From Candidatus Latescibacterota bacterium (GTDB lineage: Bacteria > Latescibacterota > UBA2968): a DNA stretch of 64,000 nucleotides. The stretch is from positions 6,016,001-6,080,000 of the forward strand of contig OZ244960.1 in assembly GCA_965222605.1 (NCBI GenBank), in the 5' to 3' direction. This document shows, piece after piece, positions 56,283 to 64,000 of the stretch; the stretch's first letter is position 1, and each line of letters opens with the position of its first letter. The notes below the pieces were generated by a model. It had not been told where the DNA came from. It was given only the letters and a program-made list of their open reading frames with translations, and made no database searches. The position numbers were made by a program, and so were the translations under genes.

Positions 56283-57092
56283 ATGAGGCGAATATTAACA
56301 CTGACGACAGATTTTGGCATTTCTGATGGCTATGTCGCTGCGATGAAGGGCGTGGTGCTTAGCTGTATGCCAGAAGCTCGAATCGTAGATATAACACATC
56401 AAGTGCCGCCTCAGGATATTGCTGCTGGTGCTTTTGCTATGTATTGCGCGTGCCCTTTTTTTCCTGAGGGTAGCGTGCATGTTGGAGTGGTTGACCCGGG
56501 GGTGGGGAGTGATCGCCGGGGCATTGTCGTTGAAACGGAGCAATTTGTATATGTCGGACCGGATAATGGTCTGTTCTCTCCTGTTTATGAGCGAGAAATA
56601 GTACGGCGCATTGTAGCAATTGAAAATACGGCATTGATGCGCCCGCAAGTCAGTTCGACATTTCACGGACGAGATGTATTTGCCCTGGTGGGGGCGCATT
56701 TACTCAGGGGGGTGTCATGTGGGGAGGTGGGGACGGAAATTGAGGATCCGGTTACATGCGATTTGTGGGGCGTTGAAGAACGCGCCGATGCACTCGTTGG
56801 GCGGGTGGTGTGTATTGACCATTTTGGCAATGCGATTTCAATGATTGCGCGGTCGCAAATTGATGCAAAATATCCCGGTGGAGATTTTGAGATTATCATT
56901 GGCAAGACACGGTTTGATCGAATATACCAGACGTATAGTCAGGTCAAAGAGGGAGAAGCTCTGGCACTTTACGGCAGTTTGGATACGCTGGAGATCGCGG
57001 TTTGCGGGGGTAGTGCAGGCAGGATGCTCGGTGTAAAACGAGGGGATGAGATTTATGTTTGTAGAGGTCAGGAGAGGAGAGATAGCAGTTGA
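56283..57092 (+). CDS. SAM hydroxide adenosyltransferase (DUF62, chlorinase/fluorinase family)
   Basis: LTTDFG, VVDPGVGS, GPDNG, STFHGRDVFA, IDHFGN. Confidence 0.92.
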   Translation: MRRILTLTTDFGISDGYVAAMKGVVLSCMPEARIVDITHQVPPQDIAAGAFAMYCACPFFPEGSVHVGVVDPGVGSDRRGIVVETEQFVYVGPDNGLFSPVYEREIVRRIVAIENTALMRPQVSSTFHGRDVFALVGAHLLRGVSCGEVGTEIEDPVTCDLWGVEERADALVGRVVCIDHFGNAISMIARSQIDAKYPGGDFEIIIGKTRFDRIYQTYSQVKEGEALALYGSLDTLEIAVCGGSAGRMLGVKRGDEIYVCRGQERRDSS

Positions 57093-57757
57093 GAAATGCG
57101 GTCTATTTCAATATCGGGCTGTTCTGTTGGGGTTTGAGGCTTTCTGTTTTTTTGTCGCCCATGGCGCATGTGTACAGTGGTCATACCCAGGGTTTTTGCC
57201 GTGGCGATCTCATCGGTGAGTTTGTCGCCCACGCATAGAATTTGGGCGTGGGGCAGGGATAGTGCTCTCGCTGCTTGCGTGAGAGATGGTGCTTTATCAC
57301 TGCTTTTTTGGTCGTCGTGTAGAATGAGGGTATTGTCGGCTTCTCTAAAATAATCGCACAAGCCGAGAAGGCGAATTTTTTCGCGCTGGCGATCGGGATT
57401 GCCAGAGGTGACAAGGGCGAGTTGATAACCCCGTTGAACAAGGGTAGTGAGGGTGGGAAGTACATCGGGGAAAGGCGCGATGGCTTCCACGTTGCGGGGA
57501 TTGTAGGCGTTGAGTGCTTTTTCTATGATGTTGGGCGGGATATTGTATTGCGTGCCGAGTGCGCGAATGGCCTCTGAAGACCCATGCGTTTGGGAAAGCA
57601 ATACCTGTTGCCGATAGCCAGTCTCAATTGAGAGATCGGGATGTGCTGAAGCGAGGATTTGAGCAGCTCTGCGGCGCGCCGGTTGGGTGAGTTGCCCCGT
57701 GCAGTCAAAGAGGGTGTCGTCGAGGTCAAAAATAATGCCTCTAATTTTTGCCGTCAT
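57068..57757 (-). CDS. HAD-superfamily hydrolase
   Basis: FDLDDTL, VTSG, VGDKLTDEI; ATGA overlap with the upstream gene. Confidence 0.9.
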   Translation of the reverse strand: MTAKIRGIIFDLDDTLFDCTGQLTQPARRRAAQILASAHPDLSIETGYRQQVLLSQTHGSSEAIRALGTQYNIPPNIIEKALNAYNPRNVEAIAPFPDVLPTLTTLVQRGYQLALVTSGNPDRQREKIRLLGLCDYFREADNTLILHDDQKSSDKAPSLTQAARALSLPHAQILCVGDKLTDEIATAKTLGMTTVHMRHGRQKNRKPQTPTEQPDIEIDRISQLLSLLS

Positions 57758-59712
57758 TCGTCCAGGCCCCAATAGTCGGGCACGCTCAGGCCGCAGAAAA
57801 TGCGACAGATCGCATCGGCGACTTTGGCCGGGTCGTGGCTGATAAAATCTCCCGCGCCGCGCTCTATGGCATCGGGATGAAATTCTTCTAAAAAGTCTGC
57901 GCGGGTCCAGGGACCGAGTGCGTCGAGCGTTTCTGAATCGCATTCAACGAGGACTTTGCCATCTTTTTTGTACTTCTTGAGCAATGGGTGCCAGTCCTTG
58001 CCTTTAGATGTTTGGAATATACGGGGGTTCTGTACGAGCATGTGATCGATGATGCCATCGCGCTGATTTTTGGGAAGGTGATTGAGGATGGCTTTGAGAT
58101 GGTCAGAAGCTCTAAAAACATCGGTTTGCCCGGGTTGTGTGACGATGTTGCAAACATAGATGGTTTTGCCCTGGGTGCGTTTGATCAGTGCTCCTTGGAT
58201 GTCGGGCACGAGGAGGTTGGTGATGACACTTGTGTACAAGCTGCCCGGTCCAATGACGACGACATCTGCATCGGCAATGGCTTGCAAAGCCCCACGCGGT
58301 GCTCTGATCTGATTTTGTTCCAGACGCACTTTGTGCCCCTGGCGCACGCGGATCTCTACCTGCTCGGTTTCGGGGTCTATGACGCGCTCAAGTGCGCTGT
58401 TTTTGCGATTGAGTTCGCGCAAGAGTGCGTCATTGGTGACGAGATACGCCCGCTCAATTGGTGGTTTGTCGGGTTTTCTGACCATCCATTCGGTATATCG
58501 ATGTTCGCCGTTTGTCAGTTTGGTGCAAATATCGACATTGTCGATGCTGGCCGGGAAAACTGTACCCTGCACATGCAACATGTCGCTGGCTGTTTTTATG
58601 GCCGCGTGAAAATCGCCGAGTTGCTGAGTGAGTGCGGCTACGAGAAAATTGCCAATATGGTCGTTTTTAAAAATACCGGATTCTTGTTCGCTGTTGGGAA
58701 AGCGGTGCTGGAAAACGTTGAAAAGCCCCTGAGATATCTGTTCGGGATCGGCGAGTGCTGTGAGAGCATTGCGAATGTCACCGGGGGGCTGTACTCCCAA
58801 ATTCCAGCGGATGCGCCCCGAGGAAGCTCCGCTATCGGTCACGGCAACGACGGCTGTTGGATGTCGAGTATAGGGTCGTAGCCCGCGCAAAACAGTGGGC
58901 AGACCGGTGCCGCCGCCGATAACGGCAATTCTGAATCGGTCGGGTGATTTGCCGATCCGCGAGAGATGCAATAATGTGGATAGTTGGGCGAGGTATTTGA
59001 TTTCGTAGTCGGGGCGGTCGCCTATCGCGGGTGTTTCGCGGGAGAATCTTCCGCGCCGCAACCAGACTGTGGTGAGGCCCTGGCGATTGCCCGCGCGGAT
59101 TTCGTCATGGGTGCGGTCGCCAACGACGACGAGTTGGTCGGCAGAAAGGTTGTGGCTTTCCATGAGTTCTGAAAACCAGTAGGCGTGTGCAGGGGGACCT
59201 TCGTTGATGATGCGATCAAAATAAGGGGCAATGCCCAGGCGATCTATTTTGTTGCGCTGACGGCGCGCCCTGCCCAGTGTGACGAGAAATAGTTTATAGC
59301 CCGCGTGGCGCAATTCCCGAAGGGTATGTAAGGCGTCGGGGTAGGGGCGAATGTCTTCTACATCTTCGGCATTGTAAACGCGCTCCATTTCAGCTACAAG
59401 GACTTCGACCGGCTCGGCTTCCGGGTCGGTATTTTGTTTGTCAAGAAAACGGCGTACCTGATCAGGTTTGTCTTTGAAGACGGCTTTGGCGATATCAAAA
59501 AAAGCGAAATAATAAGGCGAGGATGAATAATAAGGACCGTGTTTGCGTTCGAGCGTATTGATGCGCTGGAGTGCATAGGCGCGGGTAGAAAAAAAACCGT
59601 TTGAAAACAGAAAGGTGGCAACGCGTTGACGCGCGGCATGTACGACGGGTGTCAGGTCAAAGAGGGTTCCGTCGAGGTCGAATACGATTGCGCGGGCATT
59701 TTCCAGGGACAC
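57754..59712 (-). CDS. HAD hydrolase fused to a YvcK/UPF0052 (gluconeogenesis factor, CofD-like) domain
   Basis: N-terminal FDLDGTL...VGDRTHDEI; C-terminal IGGGTGL, DSGASSG, PPGDIRN, GPGSLYTS, NIVTQPGQT; GTG start with RBS GGAG. Confidence 0.88.
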   Translation of the reverse strand: MSLENARAIVFDLDGTLFDLTPVVHAARQRVATFLFSNGFFSTRAYALQRINTLERKHGPYYSSSPYYFAFFDIAKAVFKDKPDQVRRFLDKQNTDPEAEPVEVLVAEMERVYNAEDVEDIRPYPDALHTLRELRHAGYKLFLVTLGRARRQRNKIDRLGIAPYFDRIINEGPPAHAYWFSELMESHNLSADQLVVVGDRTHDEIRAGNRQGLTTVWLRRGRFSRETPAIGDRPDYEIKYLAQLSTLLHLSRIGKSPDRFRIAVIGGGTGLPTVLRGLRPYTRHPTAVVAVTDSGASSGRIRWNLGVQPPGDIRNALTALADPEQISQGLFNVFQHRFPNSEQESGIFKNDHIGNFLVAALTQQLGDFHAAIKTASDMLHVQGTVFPASIDNVDICTKLTNGEHRYTEWMVRKPDKPPIERAYLVTNDALLRELNRKNSALERVIDPETEQVEIRVRQGHKVRLEQNQIRAPRGALQAIADADVVVIGPGSLYTSVITNLLVPDIQGALIKRTQGKTIYVCNIVTQPGQTDVFRASDHLKAILNHLPKNQRDGIIDHMLVQNPRIFQTSKGKDWHPLLKKYKKDGKVLVECDSETLDALGPWTRADFLEEFHPDAIERGAGDFISHDPAKVADAICRIFCGLSVPDYWGLDE

Positions 59713-59813
59713 GGCACATCTCCGCGATTGAGTTGTGGGTTCAAAGGGGAAGATAAGACTTTTTAGGTTAAGAAAAAAAATAAAAGTGGGGAAGAAGAAA
59801 GATTGTGCAGATA

Positions 59814-60512
59814 ATGTGGAAAATTTGGAAGGCGGCACTCAATTTTGTTTATCCGTCATCTTGTATGATTTGCAAAACATCGCTGCCGGATTCGCCGGGG
59901 CTGTGTGATTCGTGTTGGGATGATATCGATATTTGGGATTCGGGATTACGCGAGGTGGGGTTTGAGCACGAATTTGATCAGATAGTTATTTTGTATCAAT
60001 TTAATGATTGTGTTCGATCTCTAATTCACGCGCTCAAATACCGGGGAAAAACACTTCCTGGACAGATATTTGGGAAGGCTTTGGGGCAGCGCATTGCGGA
60101 CCTCTTCGCACCCGATACGGTGATTGTCCCGGTGCCACTTCACGCTGCAAAAAAAAGAGCACGCGGATACAATCAAAGTGAGATTATTGCACGGGCTACG
60201 GGACGGGTGTCGGGTTTGCAAGTGATGTCAAACGCGCTGAAAAGAGTGCGGCCAACTCCTACGCAGACGCAACTGGGCGTTTTGGAACGTCAATACAATG
60301 TACAGGGCGCATTTCACGTGCGCCGTCCCGCGTCTATTGAGGGACGAAAGATATTTCTGATTGACGATGTCATCACAACGGGCGCGACGCTAAATGCATG
60401 TGTTCTGGCACTTAGATCTGCGGGGGCGCAATGCGTGTCTGTTGGTGCTGTTGCCAGTCCCCCATTGGGAGAAGATGATCTGTCTCAAGACGTAGAAAAA
60501 TCGAGGTCTTGA
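59814..60512 (+). CDS. comF: ComF family (double zinc ribbon plus phosphoribosyltransferase-like)
   Basis: CMIC, CDSC, PVPLH, RGYNQS, LIDDVITTGATL. Confidence 0.9.
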   Translation: MWKIWKAALNFVYPSSCMICKTSLPDSPGLCDSCWDDIDIWDSGLREVGFEHEFDQIVILYQFNDCVRSLIHALKYRGKTLPGQIFGKALGQRIADLFAPDTVIVPVPLHAAKKRARGYNQSEIIARATGRVSGLQVMSNALKRVRPTPTQTQLGVLERQYNVQGAFHVRRPASIEGRKIFLIDDVITTGATLNACVLALRSAGAQCVSVGAVASPPLGEDDLSQDVEKSRS

Positions 60513-60561
60513 CTCTATCTTTAATATTTTAGTGAGCGCTCCTGCGATAAATACAACGGGC

Positions 60562-60590
60562 TTGACAGGTATGTTGCAATATCTTAAACT
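60562..60590 (+). promoter_or_regulatory. sigma70 promoter of pfk-gap-pgk
   Basis: TTGACA-17 nt-TAAACT. Confidence 0.7.
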
Positions 60591-60661
60591 TCAGATCTTT
60601 GAAAATCTTAAAGGGCTCAGGCGATTATGCCCCTGATCGTGATTTTGCAAGAGGAGATATT

Positions 60662-61702
60662 ATGTCTGTAAAACGCGTTGGCATACTTACAGGTGGCGGC
60701 GATTGCCCAGGCCTTAATGCGGTGATCCGCGCGATTGTACGCAAGGGCATTATGGTTTACAATTGCGACATGACGGGTGTACAGGAGGGATGGCGAGGGA
60801 TGCTTGAGGGGTTGTCAGTGCCTCTGGATTTGAACGCTGTTTCGGGAATTTTGCCGCGCGGGGGTACAATTTTGGGATCGTCGCGGACAAATCCGTATCA
60901 AGATGGTGCAGATGGCGGTGCGCTCGTGCGAGCGGGGATGGAGAAAATGGGTCTGGACGCGCTAATTGCTATTGGGGGCGATGATACGCTCGGTGTGGCC
61001 CATCGTCTTACAGATCAGGGCATCAAAGTAGTAGGCGTGCCCAAAACCATTGATAATGATCTGGATGGCACAGACCAAACCTTTGGTTTTGATACGGCTA
61101 TCAATATCGTGATGGAGGCGATTGACCGCCTGCACACAACAGCCGAATCTCACAACCGCGTGATGGTCGTCGAGGTTATGGGCCGCCATGCGGGTTGGAT
61201 TGCCGTGGAAGCCGGTATTGCAGGGGGAGCGGATGTGATCCTGATTCCTGAAGTCCCGTTTGATCTGGATGATGTGTGCAATACGATCAGAAAACGCCAT
61301 GCCCGCGGCAAGACATTCAGTATTGTCGTGGCTGCTGAAGGCGCCAAGCTCGATGATGACAGTATGGTTTTGCAATCTCAGGAAAAAGATGCATTTGGGC
61401 ATGTTCGTCTGGGTGGCATTGGCAATTTGCTGAGTGATGAGATTGAGCGGCGCACTGGATACGAAAGTCGCGCAACTGTGCTGGGTCATATTCAACGCGG
61501 GGGCAGTCCCTCTGCTTATGATCGGGTGCTGGGGACGCGATTTGGAATTGCTGCAATTGATCTGGTACACGAAGACAATTTTGGCAAAATGGTGGCGCTG
61601 CGCGGGCAAAATATTATTGCGATTGATTTGAAAGAGGCCGTGTCGAAATTGCGCACCGTGGATATGGGGCTTTACGATATTGCCAAAGTATTTTTTGGAT
61701 AA
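60662..61702 (+). CDS. pfkA: 6-phosphofructokinase (group III; PPi-type signature)
   Basis: [36 protein letters not shown]. Confidence 0.92.
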   Translation: MSVKRVGILTGGGDCPGLNAVIRAIVRKGIMVYNCDMTGVQEGWRGMLEGLSVPLDLNAVSGILPRGGTILGSSRTNPYQDGADGGALVRAGMEKMGLDALIAIGGDDTLGVAHRLTDQGIKVVGVPKTIDNDLDGTDQTFGFDTAINIVMEAIDRLHTTAESHNRVMVVEVMGRHAGWIAVEAGIAGGADVILIPEVPFDLDDVCNTIRKRHARGKTFSIVVAAEGAKLDDDSMVLQSQEKDAFGHVRLGGIGNLLSDEIERRTGYESRATVLGHIQRGGSPSAYDRVLGTRFGIAAIDLVHEDNFGKMVALRGQNIIAIDLKEAVSKLRTVDMGLYDIAKVFFG

Positions 61703-61719
61703 AGAGTTTGGAGGAAATT

Positions 61720-62751
61720 ATGGTGGGACTAAGAGTAGGGATCAATGGGTTTGGGCGGATTGGGCGGCTGGTATTTCGCGCGGCTATGGCGCGTGGTCTC
61801 AATGTGGTGGCTGTAAACGATTTGACCGATGCTGCAAGTCTGGCGCATTTGCTCAAATACGATTCGACACACGGGCGGTATCCCGGATGTGTTAAACATC
61901 GGGAAAACGGCGTGCAAGTTGAGAAGTCATCGGTTGACGCGCTTGTAGTAGATGGCAAAAGGGTAGCTGTTTTGTCCAAACGCGACCCCTCACAATTGCC
62001 ATGGAGGTCATTGGGTGTGGATGTGGTGGTTGAATCGACGGGCTTTTTTACTGATAAAGAGTCCGCGAGTGCCCATTTGGGAGAAAATGGTGCGAAAAAG
62101 GTGATTATTTCTGCGCCCGCCAAGGGGGATTTGCCCACTGTGGTGATGGGAATTAACGATGATGTCTTGCAAGAAGATGATACGGTCATTTCCAATGCCT
62201 CGTGTACGACCAATTGTTTGGCACCTATGGTGAGTGTGTTGCACGCTTCTTTTGGCGTTGTACACGGGCTTATGACCACTATCCATTCTTATACGGGCGA
62301 TCAACGCCTCATCGATGCGCCCCATTCGGATATGCGCCGGGCGCGGTCTGCTGCCCTGTCGATGATTCCGACGACTACGGGCGCGGCGAGCGCGGTGGGT
62401 CTGGTTATTCCCGAACTCAATGGCAAACTCGATGGCATGGCCGTGCGCGTGCCCACGCCAGATGGTTCATTTACCGATTTTGTCGCAGTGCTAAAAAAAG
62501 AGGTAACTGCAGAAGAGGTGAACAATGCCTTCAAGTGTGCAGCGCATGGGCGTTTGAAAGGGATTTTGGAATATACCGATGATCCCATTGTTTCTGCTGA
62601 CATCCTGGGGAATGCTCATTCTTGTATTTTCGATTCGATGATTACCACGGTGATGGCCGGCAACATGGTGAAGGTGTGTGGGTGGTACGACAATGAGTGG
62701 GGGTATTCCAATCGGTGCGTGGATTTGATCGCGAAGTTGGCGGGGATGTAG
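61720..62751 (+). CDS. gap: Glyceraldehyde-3-phosphate dehydrogenase
   Basis: [27 protein letters not shown]. Confidence 0.97.
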   Translation: MVGLRVGINGFGRIGRLVFRAAMARGLNVVAVNDLTDAASLAHLLKYDSTHGRYPGCVKHRENGVQVEKSSVDALVVDGKRVAVLSKRDPSQLPWRSLGVDVVVESTGFFTDKESASAHLGENGAKKVIISAPAKGDLPTVVMGINDDVLQEDDTVISNASCTTNCLAPMVSVLHASFGVVHGLMTTIHSYTGDQRLIDAPHSDMRRARSAALSMIPTTTGAASAVGLVIPELNGKLDGMAVRVPTPDGSFTDFVAVLKKEVTAEEVNNAFKCAAHGRLKGILEYTDDPIVSADILGNAHSCIFDSMITTVMAGNMVKVCGWYDNEWGYSNRCVDLIAKLAGM

Positions 62752-62789
62752 AAATAGTCGCGGCTTTTGACTTTCTGAGAGGCGATGGC

Positions 62790-63998
62790 GTGTCGAAATT
62801 GTCGATCACAGACCTGGATTTGAGAGGCAAACGCGTTCTGGTGCGCGTTGATTTTAATGTGCCCATTGAAAATGGGCAGGTCGCAGATGACACGCGCTTG
62901 CGGGCTTCTTTACCGACGATCCGACACATTTTGGATGCGGGGGGGCAGCCCATACTGATGTCTCATTTGGGTCGTCCAGAGGGCGAGGTAGTGCCCGAGT
63001 TATCGCTTAAACCCGTGGCCGAAGTCCTTCAAATGCTGTTGGGACGCGAAGTGCTTCTATCGCCAGACTGCGTGGGTGAGGCAACAGCCGCAGTGGTGAA
63101 ACGCGCGCCCGATGGGGCGGTTGTGTTGCTCGAAAATTTGCGATTTCACGCTGACGAGGAAGCCAATGCGCCGGGTTTTGCCACACAACTATCGGAATTG
63201 GGCGATGTGTATGTCAACGATGCCTTTGGCAGTGCCCATCGCGCGCATGCCTCTACTGAAGGTATTACCCATTATTTTGTTGACTGTGCTACAGGTTTGT
63301 TGATGCAGAAAGAATTGGATTATCTGGGCACGGCATTGGCCGATCCAGGACGGCCTTATGTTGCGATTATGGGTGGGGCAAAAATTTCTGGTAAAATTGA
63401 TGTGATTGAAAATTTATTTTCAAAAGTGGATACCTTGCTCATTGGCGGTGGCATGGCGTTTACGTTTTTTAAGGCGATGGGCCTGGAGATTGGCAAGTCG
63501 TTATTGGAGGAAGACCGCGTTGGAGTCGCTACCCATTTGCTCAAGCGCGCAGAGGCAGAAGATGTCGATCTGATATTGCCAACCGATACGGTTGTGGCGG
63601 CAGAGATGGCCGAAGGCATACCTGCTCAGGTTGTGCCACGAGATCAAATTTCAGCAGATTTGGAAGGGTTTGATATCGGGATTGAGACGCGGAAACGATT
63701 TTCCGATGTGGTTTTAAGTGCCAAAACAGTCGTCTGGAATGGCCCTTTGGGCGTGTGCGAGATTTACTCATTTTCAAAGGGGTCGCGTGCAGTTGCCAAC
63801 GCACTGGTTACGGCGACTGAGCGCGGTGCAACGACGATTGTTGGCGGGGGGGAAACTGCTGCTGCGATGGCAGATTTTGGCGTGGCGAAAAAATTGAGCC
63901 ATGTCTCGACCGGGGGTGGGGCTTCGCTGGAGTTTTTAGAAGGCCAAACACTGCCCGGCGTGGCGGCTCTTCCAGATAGGGAAGAGGATGCAGGATAG
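62790..63998 (+). CDS. pgk: Phosphoglycerate kinase
   Basis: VRVDFNVP, SHLGRP, LLENLRF, NDAFGSAHRAHAS, STGGGASLEFLEG. Confidence 0.97.
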   Translation: MSKLSITDLDLRGKRVLVRVDFNVPIENGQVADDTRLRASLPTIRHILDAGGQPILMSHLGRPEGEVVPELSLKPVAEVLQMLLGREVLLSPDCVGEATAAVVKRAPDGAVVLLENLRFHADEEANAPGFATQLSELGDVYVNDAFGSAHRAHASTEGITHYFVDCATGLLMQKELDYLGTALADPGRPYVAIMGGAKISGKIDVIENLFSKVDTLLIGGGMAFTFFKAMGLEIGKSLLEEDRVGVATHLLKRAEAEDVDLILPTDTVVAAEMAEGIPAQVVPRDQISADLEGFDIGIETRKRFSDVVLSAKTVVWNGPLGVCEIYSFSKGSRAVANALVTATERGATTIVGGGETAAAMADFGVAKKLSHVSTGGGASLEFLEGQTLPGVAALPDREEDAG

Positions 63999-64000
63999 GT

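Noticed and set aside
1-64000. CRISPR arrays, rRNA, complete tRNAs
   Set aside because: No regularly spaced repeats or full RNA-gene structures seen by eye; a covariance-model scan was not possible

Overview
Bacterial chromosomal window, probably from an FCB-group organism of Latescibacterota/Gemmatimonadota type (inferred from PorV-like, GWxTD and T9SS-CTD genes and the many sulfatases, PhyH dioxygenases and enolase-superfamily enzymes). 1-8.7 kb: end of a BREX type-4/Ssp-like defence locus (truncated BrxC/DUF499-like gene, pglZ, brxL carrying a PLD-like MIT_C domain instead of a Lon protease domain), then an Mre11/Rad50-like (YhaO/YhaN) pair. 8.8-55.4 kb: a highly mosaic catabolic region with GGT, mandelate-racemase-family enzymes, PhyH dioxygenases, four intact sulfatases, GH3, GH32, FAA hydrolase and a GMC oxidoreductase. 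It also holds a GC-richer TonB-receptor/T9SS-CTD/PorV/DUF4838/GntR/GWxTD block, a TnpB-only IS200/IS605 element and about ten gene remnants. GH32 is split by a 6.84-kb cargo element that lacks its own transposase (imperfect GGT...ACC terminal repeats, 8-bp duplication). The cargo includes a NYN ribonuclease gene with a four-hairpin leader (candidate RNA antitoxin), itself split by an IS903-like IS5, plus a MITE, a REP doublet and phage-like small ORFs. 55.5-64 kb: housekeeping genes (radC, DUF62, HAD, HAD-YvcK fusion, comF, PPi-type pfk, gap, pgk). All calls come from reading motifs by eye; no database searches were run.
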